From a virus (lineage: Duplodnaviria > Caudoviricetes), in IMG/VR virus record IMGVR_UViG_3300025585_000044, positions 1-62,316 of that record: 62,316 nucleotides of DNA, one strand, 5' to 3'. Position numbers and translations under genes: made by a program. Position 1 is the stretch's first letter; each line of letters starts with the position of its first letter. Under the pieces are notes generated by a model, which was given only the letters and a program-made list of their open reading frames with translations, searched no databases and had not been told where the DNA came from. Below are positions 45,808-55,862 of the stretch, one piece after another.

Positions 45808-48800
45808 TTATCCCCCGAAGTAGCGAGACACGCCGGTTATGCCGCCATGTTTTGGGTCGCGGAAATATTGTTCAATGTGGGACGGATCTATTGTGCCAGA
45901 GAGCATCGCCTTGAAGCCCTCCGGGTCTTCCCACATTGCCTTCATGATTGCTTCTTGTTCCTTGCGATACTTCAGCGGCGTGTTGACGCGCTTGAAGTCA
46001 ACGCCAGCACGACTGTAGAAGCCGCCTGACGCCTGCGCGTAGGTGTCAGCGTGATCACGCTGATCAAGCTTCATCTGATTATTCACCATATTGGAGGCGG
46101 CGTTGAAAACAGACGCCCTTGGCGGCTGGTCAAGATTGGGTTGCGCCTCCACAAGCCGGGCAAGACTGCCAAGGGCTGTCTGCTGCGCGGCCTCCACGCC
46201 GCGCTGCCCGGCCAGCGTATTGAGCTTCCCAAGAAGTGCGGCATTTGTGTCCGAGGCGCCAAAATAATTTTCTCCCAGACCATACATGCGGGCGATTGTG
46301 TTGCCGTAGTTAACGACCATTGCGCGCGTTGATCCGCCGGCGCCCGGGGCGTTCATGCCCGTTGCGTGCGCCGCCTCGGAGATGATGCCGCCGACGTCGT
46401 TGACGAGAAGCTTTTGCGCCTGAGCCGCCTCCGCCGCGCGGTCGACGGTGTTGCGGTAGTCGGCGCTGCGCGCCTCCGCCGCGGCCCTCGCGCCTGTCGT
46501 GCCTCCCGTGACAGCGTCCATCTCTCCCCTTGCCGCAGCCATTGATCGGCTGTCCCACCCGATGCCGGGTGGCGGCTGCACCGCCCCTGCCCCGGGCATA
46601 AGCGGTCCCTGTTTGCCTGCGGGCGTCGCCCCGGGGCGCTGCGGCAGGGTCGCCTCTGACTGGCCAAAGACCGGGCGTGGATTTCTGCGGAAATCGGCTT
46701 CCGTCGTAACCGACCCGTCTGCAAGACGAACCATAGGCACGCCGGCGGGAGACGTGAAGAAGGCGTCCTTGTAAACCTTCATCATCTCTTCGATGTTCTC
46801 GAAGCCCATGCGCTCGACAAGCTTTTCCTTAGCCTTTGTCTCCTGCTCCTGCGTGGCAGCTTTAGCCGTGATCTCTCGGATTTCGGGGATTTGCTTGGCC
46901 ACATCCATGTAGGATTTTGCGCCGGCGGCCATGCCAGCGCCAGCGCCAGCAAGAAGGGCCGACCCGAGGTAGCGAGAAGGTGTCCCCACCATCGTCGTCA
47001 AGCCCGTCCCAAGCCCCGTCAGCAACGGCACCATGACTTGCTTGTCAGTAAGCATGTCGGCAAGGCCACGCGGCGCCTCATCTGCCTTGCCCCCTGCGGC
47101 AGGGGGCATGACGCCCGTTGGCGCCTGCGGCGTCGTCGTTGCCATAAAGCTGCGTTCGCGTGGGCCAAGGGATGACAAGGCCGGGCCAACGCCACCTTTT
47201 TCAAGATTGCGCTCATATCGTGCCATATACTCTGGCACAGACGTGCCAAGAACGTCTTTCGCGCCCATTTTGCTTTTGTAGCCGGGGCCGGCAAACCACA
47301 TGGCCGCCGCCTCTGCGGGGGCGCCGGTTTTTCGTAAGTATGAGCCAAATTGGCTCCGGGCAATTTTTTCCTGAAGATCCGGGTCGCCAAGAAATTGCTC
47401 GCGCGTCACATTTCCAAGACCAGCCGTCCTGGCCCACGGGGCGACATTGCCTTCAAGGATCTGATATTTTCCGAGCGCGTGGCCGTATTTTGTTTGCGGC
47501 CCAATCGTTCGATACGGGTCTTTTTCCCCGCCGGTCTCGCCTTTCGCAAGCGGGCGAAGATAGTAGTCAATGTCCTCATCTGAATAAACGCCGCCGGTCT
47601 GCGCCGCAGGCCGCACGCCCGTCTTGGCCCTTGGGTCAGAAAGGGCCATGAGCATCGGGCCAAATGTTGTGGCCGCGCTGTAAAGACCAGCCAGTCCGCT
47701 TCCGACCTTGCCGGCGGTTCCGAGATAGTCCGCCGCCTTGTCGAGAACGCTTTTTGATTGATCCCTGTCCCGGTCGGAAGATGGCCGGGTGGCTTCCAGT
47801 GGCCGCGCGGTTTGTATGCCGCGGGACATAAAACTCCACGGGTCATCTTCCTGACCGCCGGGCACAATGCCGCCGCCGTAGGCCATATTGCCGCCCCAGC
47901 CGGGCCAGCCTTTGACTTTGTATTTGTCGTATAAATTGTATCCCTTTTCGAGCAGGCCGCTCAGGCTCTCCCCGACCCCAAGCGCCTTTTCCATCGTCTC
48001 AAGGCCGCTTGCCGGCTTTTCACCCGGGGCAATGGATGCCGCAGACAAAGGCGCCGACGTCCTGATGCCTTCAGTCGGAATTGTCGCAGCCGCAGGCTTC
48101 ATTGAGCCATACATAGCCTGCTGCGCGGCAAGGATTGCGGCAATGTCACTGCTTGCGAGGCCGCCATCTGCGTAGCCGCCGCGGGAATAGTCGCCGCCAT
48201 TGCGGACAGCGCCGCCCATGCGCGCCGCATCTTCTGTGGCCTTGCCGTAATCGACAGCCATGAGCCCGTCGGGGCGGACGCCAACGGCATCCGGATGCGC
48301 GCTCGCCACCTCATCAGCCATAAGGCCAATTTGAGCCGGGCCGCCGTCTGCGTATCGATACGCGTAGACGTTTTGGCCGTCGTTCAGTTTGCCGACGACA
48401 TCCGGCTGCTCGCGGTCGACGCCCGTTTTGGCTCTTGGGTCCGACAGGAACATGCCGAACGGGCTTTGTGCCTGAGACTGAACCGTTGTCGACCCCGTAA
48501 GCGGCCCAAGCGCCCCCGCCAGGCCCCCAAGAAACTGGGCTTGCATGTAGGGGAACATTTGCTGCTGCTGAAACTGGTTATACAGAGCAGTTTTCCCCGC
48601 CTGCTCTGTTTGCTGCCCAAGGGTTGCCGCCCCCAGCGCCGCCTGCGCGGCTTGCTGACCCTGCGCCCCAATCCCCTGCGCCGCCTGAAGCTGCCGCGCA
48701 AGGTCTGTCTGCGCCGCCTGCAGCGCCTGACCATAGCCTGTTTGGTAAAGTGGGCTGAGAGCGTTGCCCATGGCTAGCTGTTGCTGACCCATAAGCTGGG

Positions 48801-49251
48801 CGCGCTGTAATCCGGCGCGGTCACCCCCGAAGGCCCCCGCCCGGATAGCTTCCGCCTGCTGCTGGGAAAGCTGTTGCCCCTGCTGTTGCTGAAGAGCCTG
48901 CCGCACGGGGTCAATTACTTGCTGCATGAACGGGTTCATGTAGCCGCCAGCCATTTGCGCGGCGTTACCCATTCCCGCTTGCGCCGCCATCTGGGGGGCA
49001 AGGGCGGCATATGGGGCATTGGCGGCGGCAAGGCCACCAAGGCCGTATATGGCTTGCTGCTGCTGTGGGTTTAATTGCGCAACGAAGGCCTCTGGCGTTG
49101 TGCCATATTGCTGGAATGGGCGGGAGGCGGCCTGCTGCCCCCGCGCCATGACGGAGTTATACCACTCCATCGCCTGCGGGCTGGGCGAAACAGTAACCTG
49201 TTGTGCCGGGGCCAGTCCTCCGCCGCCGCCAGATGATCCCTTTCCGCACAT
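45808..49251 (-). CDS. Ejection protein with peptidase S74-like chaperone domain and lysozyme-like domain
   Basis: Start MCGKGSSGGGG; Gln-rich region; SDPRAK..YRY..IGLMADEV...PDAV..VDY; ETGG..Y...ALGKYQI..QE..AR..A.MWF.G. Confidence 0.75.
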   Translation of the reverse strand: MCGKGSSGGGGGLAPAQQVTVSPSPQAMEWYNSVMARGQQAASRPFQQYGTTPEAFVAQLNPQQQQAIYGLGGLAAANAPYAALAPQMAAQAGMGNAAQMAGGYMNPFMQQVIDPVRQALQQQQGQQLSQQQAEAIRAGAFGGDRAGLQRAQLMGQQQLAMGNALSPLYQTGYGQALQAAQTDLARQLQAAQGIGAQGQQAAQAALGAATLGQQTEQAGKTALYNQFQQQQMFPYMQAQFLGGLAGALGPLTGSTTVQSQAQSPFGMFLSDPRAKTGVDREQPDVVGKLNDGQNVYAYRYADGGPAQIGLMADEVASAHPDAVGVRPDGLMAVDYGKATEDAARMGGAVRNGGDYSRGGYADGGLASSDIAAILAAQQAMYGSMKPAAATIPTEGIRTSAPLSAASIAPGEKPASGLETMEKALGVGESLSGLLEKGYNLYDKYKVKGWPGWGGNMAYGGGIVPGGQEDDPWSFMSRGIQTARPLEATRPSSDRDRDQSKSVLDKAADYLGTAGKVGSGLAGLYSAATTFGPMLMALSDPRAKTGVRPAAQTGGVYSDEDIDYYLRPLAKGETGGEKDPYRTIGPQTKYGHALGKYQILEGNVAPWARTAGLGNVTREQFLGDPDLQEKIARSQFGSYLRKTGAPAEAAAMWFAGPGYKSKMGAKDVLGTSVPEYMARYERNLEKGGVGPALSSLGPRERSFMATTTPQAPTGVMPPAAGGKADEAPRGLADMLTDKQVMVPLLTGLGTGLTTMVGTPSRYLGSALLAGAGAGMAAGAKSYMDVAKQIPEIREITAKAATQEQETKAKEKLVERMGFENIEEMMKVYKDAFFTSPAGVPMVRLADGSVTTEADFRRNPRPVFGQSEATLPQRPGATPAGKQGPLMPGAGAVQPPPGIGWDSRSMAAARGEMDAVTGGTTGARAAAEARSADYRNTVDRAAEAAQAQKLLVNDVGGIISEAAHATGMNAPGAGGSTRAMVVNYGNTIARMYGLGENYFGASDTNAALLGKLNTLAGQRGVEAAQQTALGSLARLVEAQPNLDQPPRASVFNAASNMVNNQMKLDQRDHADTYAQASGGFYSRAGVDFKRVNTPLKYRKEQEAIMKAMWEDPEGFKAMLSGTIDPSHIEQYFRDPKHGGITGVSRYFGG

Positions 49252-49264
49252 TAGACTACTCCGC

Positions 49265-49780
49265 TCAAGCCTGTGTCGTGGCCGCTGGCTCATGCCAGCC
49301 GCCTGTCTTCACGCCATATAAAAAGAAGGCCCCGGCTGGCGTGCCAAAGACGCGCTCATACAATTTAACCTTGCCGTCGGTTCTGGTTGTCGAGAGGACG
49401 CCAATGATCAAGGGAAGCCCCAATTCATCCGCAACCTGCTTGCTGAACTCGCAAAGCTTGCGCGCCCGCCCCCCGCTTGCGCCTCGATGTTTGGGGTGAA
49501 CAAAGACGGTTTTCTCCTCAATAATTGGACTATCACTATACCACATTGTCGACACGCGCAGCAAAACAAAGCCTTCAAGCTCAGATCCCGGATTGCCAAT
49601 TACGCCAATGAGCCCGTGTTCCTGGTTTAGGGAAAGCCAAACGTCATACAGTATTTTGTCAACATTTGGCTCAAACACGCCGTTTTCTTCGCAGACCATA
49701 AGCGCAAGGCGCATGACGCCCTCAAGATCTTGCGGCGTCCCTATTCTGATTTTGACGTCCTCAATCGGCTTTCTAGGCAT
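49265..49780 (-). CDS. GNAT-like acyltransferase
   Basis: IR..T..DL, FVHPKHRG..G.A..L. Confidence 0.7.
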   Translation of the reverse strand: MPRKPIEDVKIRIGTPQDLEGVMRLALMVCEENGVFEPNVDKILYDVWLSLNQEHGLIGVIGNPGSELEGFVLLRVSTMWYSDSPIIEEKTVFVHPKHRGASGGRARKLCEFSKQVADELGLPLIIGVLSTTRTDGKVKLYERVFGTPAGAFFLYGVKTGGWHEPAATTQA

Positions 49781-49790
49781 AAAGATCCCC

Positions 49791-50294
49791 TTAATCTTTC
49801 TTGGGCCCGGGTAGTTTTTTTAGCGTCTCTACGGTTTTTGCGCGATATTTTTTAACAAAATCATCAAGCGCCGCGTGACCGCGATCAATATCATTGCCAC
49901 CAATACGAGCAACACTCGCAGGAGAAATAACATATTCTCCCCCAGCTGCAACAATCTCCACAGGCGCGCCATCTCCCCTCTCCTGCATTCCAAAAATAAC
50001 GTTGGCGATGCGAAACCCGGCCATTGTATTGCCTTCCCCCATGGCCGAAATAATGTCGGCGGGGATGACGTAGGCGCCAGACGGCACGTTAATTGGCAAG
50101 TGGTCTGTTCTTCCGGCAACCGGGCTGTGGATAGGCCCGACGTGGATTTTTTCACTTGAGCCGCCGTCGGCGCGGGATTGCCGGGCCTGATTTAATGCCG
50201 CCGCCACGGCCTGATCCTGGGGGTGGCCGGCGTGGATCATCTCGCGAATATTGGCGCCTATTGTTTTTTGGCCTTTTCCCTTAAGAAGCGGCAT
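49791..50294 (-). CDS. Protein with duplicated G(A/E)YVI(P/S) module resembling tape-measure C-terminal motif
   Basis: RADGG...GR(T)D.LP..V.SGAYVIPAD..S and GGEYVISP..V..IG.G....G...LD. Confidence 0.65.
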   Translation of the reverse strand: MPLLKGKGQKTIGANIREMIHAGHPQDQAVAAALNQARQSRADGGSSEKIHVGPIHSPVAGRTDHLPINVPSGAYVIPADIISAMGEGNTMAGFRIANVIFGMQERGDGAPVEIVAAGGEYVISPASVARIGGNDIDRGHAALDDFVKKYRAKTVETLKKLPGPKKD

Positions 50295-50301
50295 TTTTCA
50301 C

Positions 50302-50658
50302 CTATGCGGTCAAGGAGTAGGTTACATTGATTGACTGCCCCGCGCCTGGGACAATCACAAGGCCCTGCGTAAATATTTGCCCCGACTTGTAGACGCCAAG
50401 CGTTGTTGGCGTCGCAATCAGGGCATTGGCGGAGGCGGCCGCACTTGCCGAAAGCGCATTATTCACCGTTCCTGAGGCGGAGCCGGCCACTATAACAGAC
50501 ACGCTAACCAATACGCCGGATCCGTTAACAACGAGCGTCGACGAGCTCACGGTGGCTGACGTTGCCCTGCCACCATAAAAATTAATCGAAGTGTTGATTG
50601 TGTTTAATGCAACAACGGCGTTCTTTGTTGCGGTAAGAATGTCATCAAGATTTGCCAT
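50302..50658 (-). CDS. Structural protein
   Basis: 118 aa, beta-rich. Confidence 0.6.
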   Translation of the reverse strand: MANLDDILTATKNAVVALNTINTSINFYGGRATSATVSSSTLVVNGSGVLVSVSVIVAGSASGTVNNALSASAAASANALIATPTTLGVYKSGQIFTQGLVIVPGAGQSINVTYSLTA

Positions 50659-52976
50659 CAGAATTTTCCATCCTGCTGGTAGCGGTATCTCATTGCGCCA
50701 ACCCGCCAGAAAGACCCGATGTCATTGCTCTCGATTTTAATGGACACCAGCCTCCCGCGAAAACGCGGCGTAATATAAGTGCTGCTTTGCGTCATTGTGT
50801 ATGGACCATAAGCCTGAGGCTGCTGGCCGGGGTAGTCAGTAACATAAAACGTCAAAAGGACATTTGCCGTTTGGGCCCCGCCATAGTAGCCCCACTTCAT
50901 ATCTGGCCACACCTGATCAATAAAAATCTTCCACTCGGCGTCCGACAAAACATAGTAGCCTGTCTGGAAGCTGGCGTTTATTGGGGCGCCATCAGCGTCG
51001 GTCGACGTTTCGTGCTGATAAATGTAATAGCCGTTTGTGGTTCCCGCCCCAATCGGAGGCCCTAAAACGCTTTGGTTAATCCACGCCGTTCTTGCAAGCG
51101 AACCAAAGTCCCACTGGTCAAGAACGACATTGTATTTTACATAATTTGTAATTTCCCCATTCCCGCTTGTCGTTGGGTAAAACCATGAAATTTCGCCAAA
51201 TCTGGAATTGGGCGCAATGCGTATTTTATCCAGATTGCTTGTATCAAGATCCTGAAACACAACGTCCCATATGGGACACCTTATTGGTTCCACGCCGCCG
51301 GGGCCAAGGCGGAAAAACTGACTTTGCGACATCCAGTAAACCGTGCCGTTCATTGACGCCGCGGCCTTTCTGGCAATAAGCCCGCATCCCGTTCCAATCT
51401 CGTTGAATTGGTAAACGTATGGCGGCCCGGAATATTGCATCGCCCAAATAGCAAGATCCGTCCAAATCAGACCCTGTTGTGGCCCCTGAATGCACGCAAC
51501 AATTTTTGACCCCTTGGGTATGCGATAAGAGCCAGCCTGATTTGTTACCAATGGGATCCACTGATTGTAGTTGTCAACGTCGCACCACGTAATAAGCATA
51601 GGGTCCTGAATGCCCGTGACAGTTGACCCCCACGCAACAATTTGCCGTTGAGGCATAGCCACAAACATGCCGTCGTTGACCGTCGGCGCGTTACCAATGA
51701 TCGTCGCCGTAGTCAGTCCGGATGTCGGCGACCATTGATATATTTGTCCCCCGACCGGGCAAGCGATAAACACCTGTCCCCAGTTATCAAACGTCCAGTC
51801 TGTTGCGGTGATTGGCGTCCCATAGACAGCCGTTGGGGCGACGCCCGTTCCGTATCCGCCGACGCCGTATCCGCCGACGCCATATCCTGTTGTTGTCGGC
51901 AGTGGCAGCGGCGTTCTGTAGTAGATAAATTTAGCGTTGCCGCCGTTCATGTATGCGTTCGTGGACGCGGCGGCCTTTGTGCTTGCAATTATGCGGAATG
52001 AGTTTCCGGCGCCTACCGATGGACCCGAGGCAGCAAGCGTATCAATTTCAACAATAGTATAATTTCCGTATACATCAATTCCAGAGACAGTCGTCAGAAC
52101 AAGGGCAGGGAAAGTGTCGCCAACGAGATATCCATGATTATAAAGAACAACGTCAACCAAAGAGGAGCCGGATGTCGTGTAAAAGCGCGGGACCGCGCCT
52201 CCACCCGCAACCGTAGACGTTGCAGAAACAGGGCTCCCAAGCGCGTTAAGGGCCCGAATTTGCCAAGAGTTCGCGCTAACAAAATTAGTTGGATAGGTTC
52301 CGAATAAAACCAGCCCCCCAACAGAAATCTGGGTTTTTATGTCAACAGTATCAAAGCTTTGAACATTTGAGCCGGTGTCGTTAATCTGAACAAGACTTGA
52401 TGCAAGAGTTGTATCTGCCGACACCGCGGCATTGGAAACAGTAATTTTAGGCGTCAATACTGCCTGTGTTCCGTTTGATATAATAGAGAGACAGTCAGTT
52501 GCGGACACAGCCCCGCCGCTGACGTAGGAAGACGTCGTCGCCGAGGCAAACGAAACCGTGTTCAGCGTAGATCCGGTTACGGTAAATGTCCCATTGTAGC
52601 TCGGGCTTGATGGCGTTGTTGTAATTCCCGAAACTGTAATTTCCGACCCAACGGAATATTGATTGGATCCGCTAAACGTAATAGTGGCAGTCGTCCCGTT
52701 GCCTGACGCCCCGGTAACAGTGTGAAAAACAGTTTCTGCGCCGACGCCCAAATATTGCCGCGCGTTCGTGTCCTGCCAGGCCCATAGTGCGCGGACAGGC
52801 GAGCTTAATTTAGACGTGTAAAATTTTGTCCAGCCGCCAATTTTTTGGCATAAAGCATTATTTTGCCTGTCGGGTATAAAGCGAACAAGATTTGACGTAG
52901 ATATGGCGCCCTCATTCAGGGCAGACGTCCTGTTTTGATCAACGCCGGGGATGAGCCGTAATGTGCTGTGCGGCAT
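50658..52976 (-). CDS. Tail nozzle/tubular protein B-like (beta-propeller)
   Basis: 772 aa; W.FDNWG, W.D..NY..W, YWMS...FF, EI.WFYP, RTAW, RFRGR; podovirus tail module. Confidence 0.75.
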   Translation of the reverse strand: MPHSTLRLIPGVDQNRTSALNEGAISTSNLVRFIPDRQNNALCQKIGGWTKFYTSKLSSPVRALWAWQDTNARQYLGVGAETVFHTVTGASGNGTTATITFSGSNQYSVGSEITVSGITTTPSSPSYNGTFTVTGSTLNTVSFASATTSSYVSGGAVSATDCLSIISNGTQAVLTPKITVSNAAVSADTTLASSLVQINDTGSNVQSFDTVDIKTQISVGGLVLFGTYPTNFVSANSWQIRALNALGSPVSATSTVAGGGAVPRFYTTSGSSLVDVVLYNHGYLVGDTFPALVLTTVSGIDVYGNYTIVEIDTLAASGPSVGAGNSFRIIASTKAAASTNAYMNGGNAKFIYYRTPLPLPTTTGYGVGGYGVGGYGTGVAPTAVYGTPITATDWTFDNWGQVFIACPVGGQIYQWSPTSGLTTATIIGNAPTVNDGMFVAMPQRQIVAWGSTVTGIQDPMLITWCDVDNYNQWIPLVTNQAGSYRIPKGSKIVACIQGPQQGLIWTDLAIWAMQYSGPPYVYQFNEIGTGCGLIARKAAASMNGTVYWMSQSQFFRLGPGGVEPIRCPIWDVVFQDLDTSNLDKIRIAPNSRFGEISWFYPTTSGNGEITNYVKYNVVLDQWDFGSLARTAWINQSVLGPPIGAGTTNGYYIYQHETSTDADGAPINASFQTGYYVLSDAEWKIFIDQVWPDMKWGYYGGAQTANVLLTFYVTDYPGQQPQAYGPYTMTQSSTYITPRFRGRLVSIKIESNDIGSFWRVGAMRYRYQQDGKF

Positions 52977-52979
52977 TCA

Positions 52980-53756
52980 TTAACCCCTTGTCGGCGTCGC
53001 GGATGCGGAGCGGCTTTGCGACGACCACGCCGCCGCCTCGAACTTTTTACGATTTTCCTCGTCAATCGCGCTCTTCAGAAGCGTCTGGTATTGCGTCTCA
53101 TAAGTCACGGGCATTTGGGGATCATTGCCTTGGGAGCTGCTAAAGTTTCTCTGATAAGCGGCAACATAAACCATTGACGCCATAATGAATAAATCAGGGA
53201 GGTTAAGGCTGATAAATGTTGTCACGTTTGCAGACGACAGCGACGACGGCCTGTATGTCCCAATAATTTCAACCGTATATGTTGCGTCCGCGTAGGGGCC
53301 GACGAGAAACGTGTAATTGCTCTCTCCGTCGCCAAATGGCGCAAAATATTTTGGTGTTCCGGCGCTTGAGGCGCTTCCATATACGGCGTCCAGAAATTCT
53401 TTTGTGGTGGGCAAAAGCGGGACACGCGTCGATGTTTCCGGGTTTGTGGATCCAGCGGGGGTTAAAAGATTTATCTGCTCGCTGACGACAAGCGTCCCCC
53501 CTTCAGAGGGGTAAAAGCTTGCAGATGGAATTGTGATAGTTCTGGTGTTTGCGGCGACCGAATAGCTGGAGTTGGATACGGACGTAAAAAGAAAGTCCAA
53601 ATCCCGGCATATGCGATTTTCGGCGTAGGTTATTGCCTGGGGCAAAATAGCCAAAAACTCGGCGTTTGACTCCTCAACCACAGCCATTGTTGCAATCTGG
53701 CCTTTGTAGCTGGTAGTCCCCGCCACCGATCCGTCGTAGCTAAGCCCCGTCGTCAT
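52980..53756 (-). CDS. Head-tail adaptor/tubular protein A-like
   Basis: I..AENRI.R.L, G.PKYFA, GP..D..Y; upstream of the nozzle gene. Confidence 0.7.
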   Translation of the reverse strand: MTTGLSYDGSVAGTTSYKGQIATMAVVEESNAEFLAILPQAITYAENRICRDLDFLFTSVSNSSYSVAANTRTITIPSASFYPSEGGTLVVSEQINLLTPAGSTNPETSTRVPLLPTTKEFLDAVYGSASSAGTPKYFAPFGDGESNYTFLVGPYADATYTVEIIGTYRPSSLSSANVTTFISLNLPDLFIMASMVYVAAYQRNFSSSQGNDPQMPVTYETQYQTLLKSAIDEENRKKFEAAAWSSQSRSASATPTRG

Positions 53757-53994
53757 TTCAGTCCCTCAGTCGCCGCGGCAATCCTACCATGAAACCGTTG
53801 CCATTCCTATGCCGGAGACCCGGTGAGAGCCCTGAGCTCGCTTCGAATGCGCCGTATTTCCGAGAAGATAATCTGCCGGGCTTTGGTATCCCAGTCATCC
53901 TGATAGGCCATGTCATTGCGGCGCCGCCACTCCCGGAGCTCTTGCCGCAGGCGAACGATTTCCGCCCCCTCGTTAAAGGAAACGACATCCCCGG

Positions 53995-54228
53995 TCACTT
54001 CTTTCCCCACCCGCAAGCCTGCTTGCCAACGGCATTGTGAGCCTTCACCGCCCAAACCGTCTTATCCGTGTCCTTTTTTGACCAGTAAATCGGTTTGGCT
54101 CCGTCGCAAAAGCGCAGGCTATTCGTCGTCAGGTCGGCGGAACCCGTCGTCGTCTGACACCCCGCCAGAAAGACGCTCCCGCTCGCGCTCAATAGCCATG
54201 CGCGTCTCAACAGCCTTCTGAGCCGCAT
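53995..54228 (-). CDS. o-spanin (Rz1-like lipoprotein); exact start uncertain
   Basis: Lipobox FLAGC; overlaps the i-spanin in another frame. Confidence 0.65.
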   Translation of the reverse strand: MRLRRLLRRAWLLSASGSVFLAGCQTTTGSADLTTNSLRFCDGAKPIYWSKKDTDKTVWAVKAHNAVGKQACGWGKK

Positions 54229-54364
54229 CCACCTGCCCCTTCAATGCTTCAAGCCGCTCCGCAACCCTTCCGGCGTCGGCAAGCCTGACGGCATAAAGCC
54301 AATCAAACAGCTTGCCGGCGACGGAAAAGAGCGAACTCAACAGGCCGATGATCGTGACGATCAC
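54119..54364 (-). CDS. i-spanin (Rz-like)
   Basis: N-terminal TM + coiled coil, downstream of endolysin and holin. Confidence 0.65.
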   Translation of the reverse strand: MIVTIIGLLSSLFSVAGKLFDWLYAVRLADAGRVAERLEALKGQVDAAQKAVETRMAIERERERLSGGVSDDDGFRRPDDE

Positions 54365-54540
54365 GCCTGACGGTCTCCTCCGGTGATATTGTAGTCCTTG
54401 GCCCCGATCAGGCCGAAGGCGACCAGAACCGCAGAGATGTCTTCATTAGACAGCGTTCGAGTCTGGTAGAACTTCCACGCTACATTCAACAGAGCAAGGA
54501 TGCCGGGGATCGTCGTCATCCAGTTTTTCAAAACAGTCAT
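54361..54540 (-). CDS. Holin-like protein
   Basis: 59 aa, two hydrophobic segments, KNW.TT..G...GLI.AKD. Confidence 0.6.
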   Translation of the reverse strand: MTVLKNWMTTIPGILALLNVAWKFYQTRTLSNEDISAVLVAFGLIGAKDYNITGGDRQA

Positions 54541-54550
54541 TGCCTTCTCC

Positions 54551-54928
54551 TTAAGTTTCGATTTGAACATGTGGTCCGTCGACAATCGACTTCCAGTAGA
54601 CGCCATAAGTTATTTTGTCAGACAACCCCAGCGCCTTGGCCGCCGGCTTGAACGCCTTCTCCACGATGGTCTTGTAGTCTTTCAGATCCCACGAGACCTT
54701 GCCACCGGGCATGGCGACGAAGTCAATTGCCTTGCCGCGCAGATGATACGACTTCATCGTGCGAGACTTGCCGGTTTTTACGAGATATCGCTGGCGCTCA
54801 GCCGTCCGCAATCCTTCGGTAATCTCAAACGGGATCGGGCTGGTCTCTCTAGCTTTCTTCGCCAGCGCGATCAGATTGGCGTCCACGCCGCGGAGGCGCG
54901 TGAGCGATGTGGCGTTGAGTTTTGTCAT
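54551..54928 (-). CDS. Endolysin, M15 (L-Ala-D-Glu peptidase-like)
   Basis: ITEGLRT.ERQ..L...G.S....S.H..G.AID...DGPH.Q. Confidence 0.88.
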   Translation of the reverse strand: MTKLNATSLTRLRGVDANLIALAKKARETSPIPFEITEGLRTAERQRYLVKTGKSRTMKSYHLRGKAIDFVAMPGGKVSWDLKDYKTIVEKAFKPAAKALGLSDKITYGVYWKSIVDGPHVQIET

Positions 54929-55185
54929 TATCGATCTGCCTTTTTATTTATCGTCTCCTGAATGCGATCAAGCTTCAGAAATACTGCATTCATGGTTGTC
55001 GTAAACTCATCACGGGTCACATATTGTCCCGCAACAAGCACTTCGATTGCGCTGACTTTCTCAACCAGCTTGGCGTCAGCGGTCTGCAGGTCTCGAAGTG
55101 ACGACCACATCGTGTTCAATAGCCACCCGCCCATCACGCCGAGGATGCCGACGACTATGTTAAAGAGAACCTGATAGTCTGGCAT
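54928..55185 (-). CDS. Small membrane protein of the lysis cassette
   Basis: N-terminal TM; YVTRDEF...KLD.I. Confidence 0.6.
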   Translation of the reverse strand: MPDYQVLFNIVVGILGVMGGWLLNTMWSSLRDLQTADAKLVEKVSAIEVLVAGQYVTRDEFTTTMNAVFLKLDRIQETINKKADR

Positions 55186-55186
55186 A

Positions 55187-55855
55187 TTACCTCACCAAGC
55201 ACATTGTGGCGATGACAGAAGGAATAGAGGGGCCAAGACCGGCTCCGGGAGTTCCGTCTGAGAGGATTGTTGTGCCGTCATCAGACGCCCATGAGAGCTC
55301 AAGCCAATCGTTGGCGTTCATTGCATAAACAAAATTCCACGCGGCAAGATATTTTGTTCCGTTGTCCTTGATGTCTATTTCTGTATTGGACCACGCAACA
55401 TCTGAGCCATTATATTTTAACCAAAAATATGCTTTCTTGTTTGCTGATGCAGGTAAAACCTGAATTGAAAATTGAAGGTTATATACGCCTTGGTAATCAA
55501 CTTTTATTCTTGTGTTTGCCGGGCCAGATGGATTGGAAGCAATGGAAACGCCATATGAAAGATCGGTCACTTCGTATTGAACAAGGGTCGGCGTTGCGGC
55601 CCCCGCCACTGTCTGATTTACGTGGCTGGAAAACGCCCCGTGATACCCTGCGAAGCCATATCTCGTCACGCCGCCAACCGACGTGACCTCCATATTGTCG
55701 CCGCCAATCGCAGGCTGAGAAATAGCCGTGTTGTTGTTTGCGCCGCCGCCAAGCGTAAAAGTGCTGGCATTATTGCCGATCAAAAGGTCGCCAACAGCCG
55801 GGGATCTGCCGATCCTTGGAACGCCTCCCCAGACAGTTACGATATCGTCGGCCAT
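55187..55855 (-). CDS. Tail/structural protein (C1q/TNF-like jelly roll)
   Basis: GVYNLQFSIQ, DWLEL.W, PSVI.T. Confidence 0.6.
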   Translation of the reverse strand: MADDIVTVWGGVPRIGRSPAVGDLLIGNNASTFTLGGGANNNTAISQPAIGGDNMEVTSVGGVTRYGFAGYHGAFSSHVNQTVAGAATPTLVQYEVTDLSYGVSIASNPSGPANTRIKVDYQGVYNLQFSIQVLPASANKKAYFWLKYNGSDVAWSNTEIDIKDNGTKYLAAWNFVYAMNANDWLELSWASDDGTTILSDGTPGAGLGPSIPSVIATMCLVR

Positions 55856-55862
55856 TTAATCC

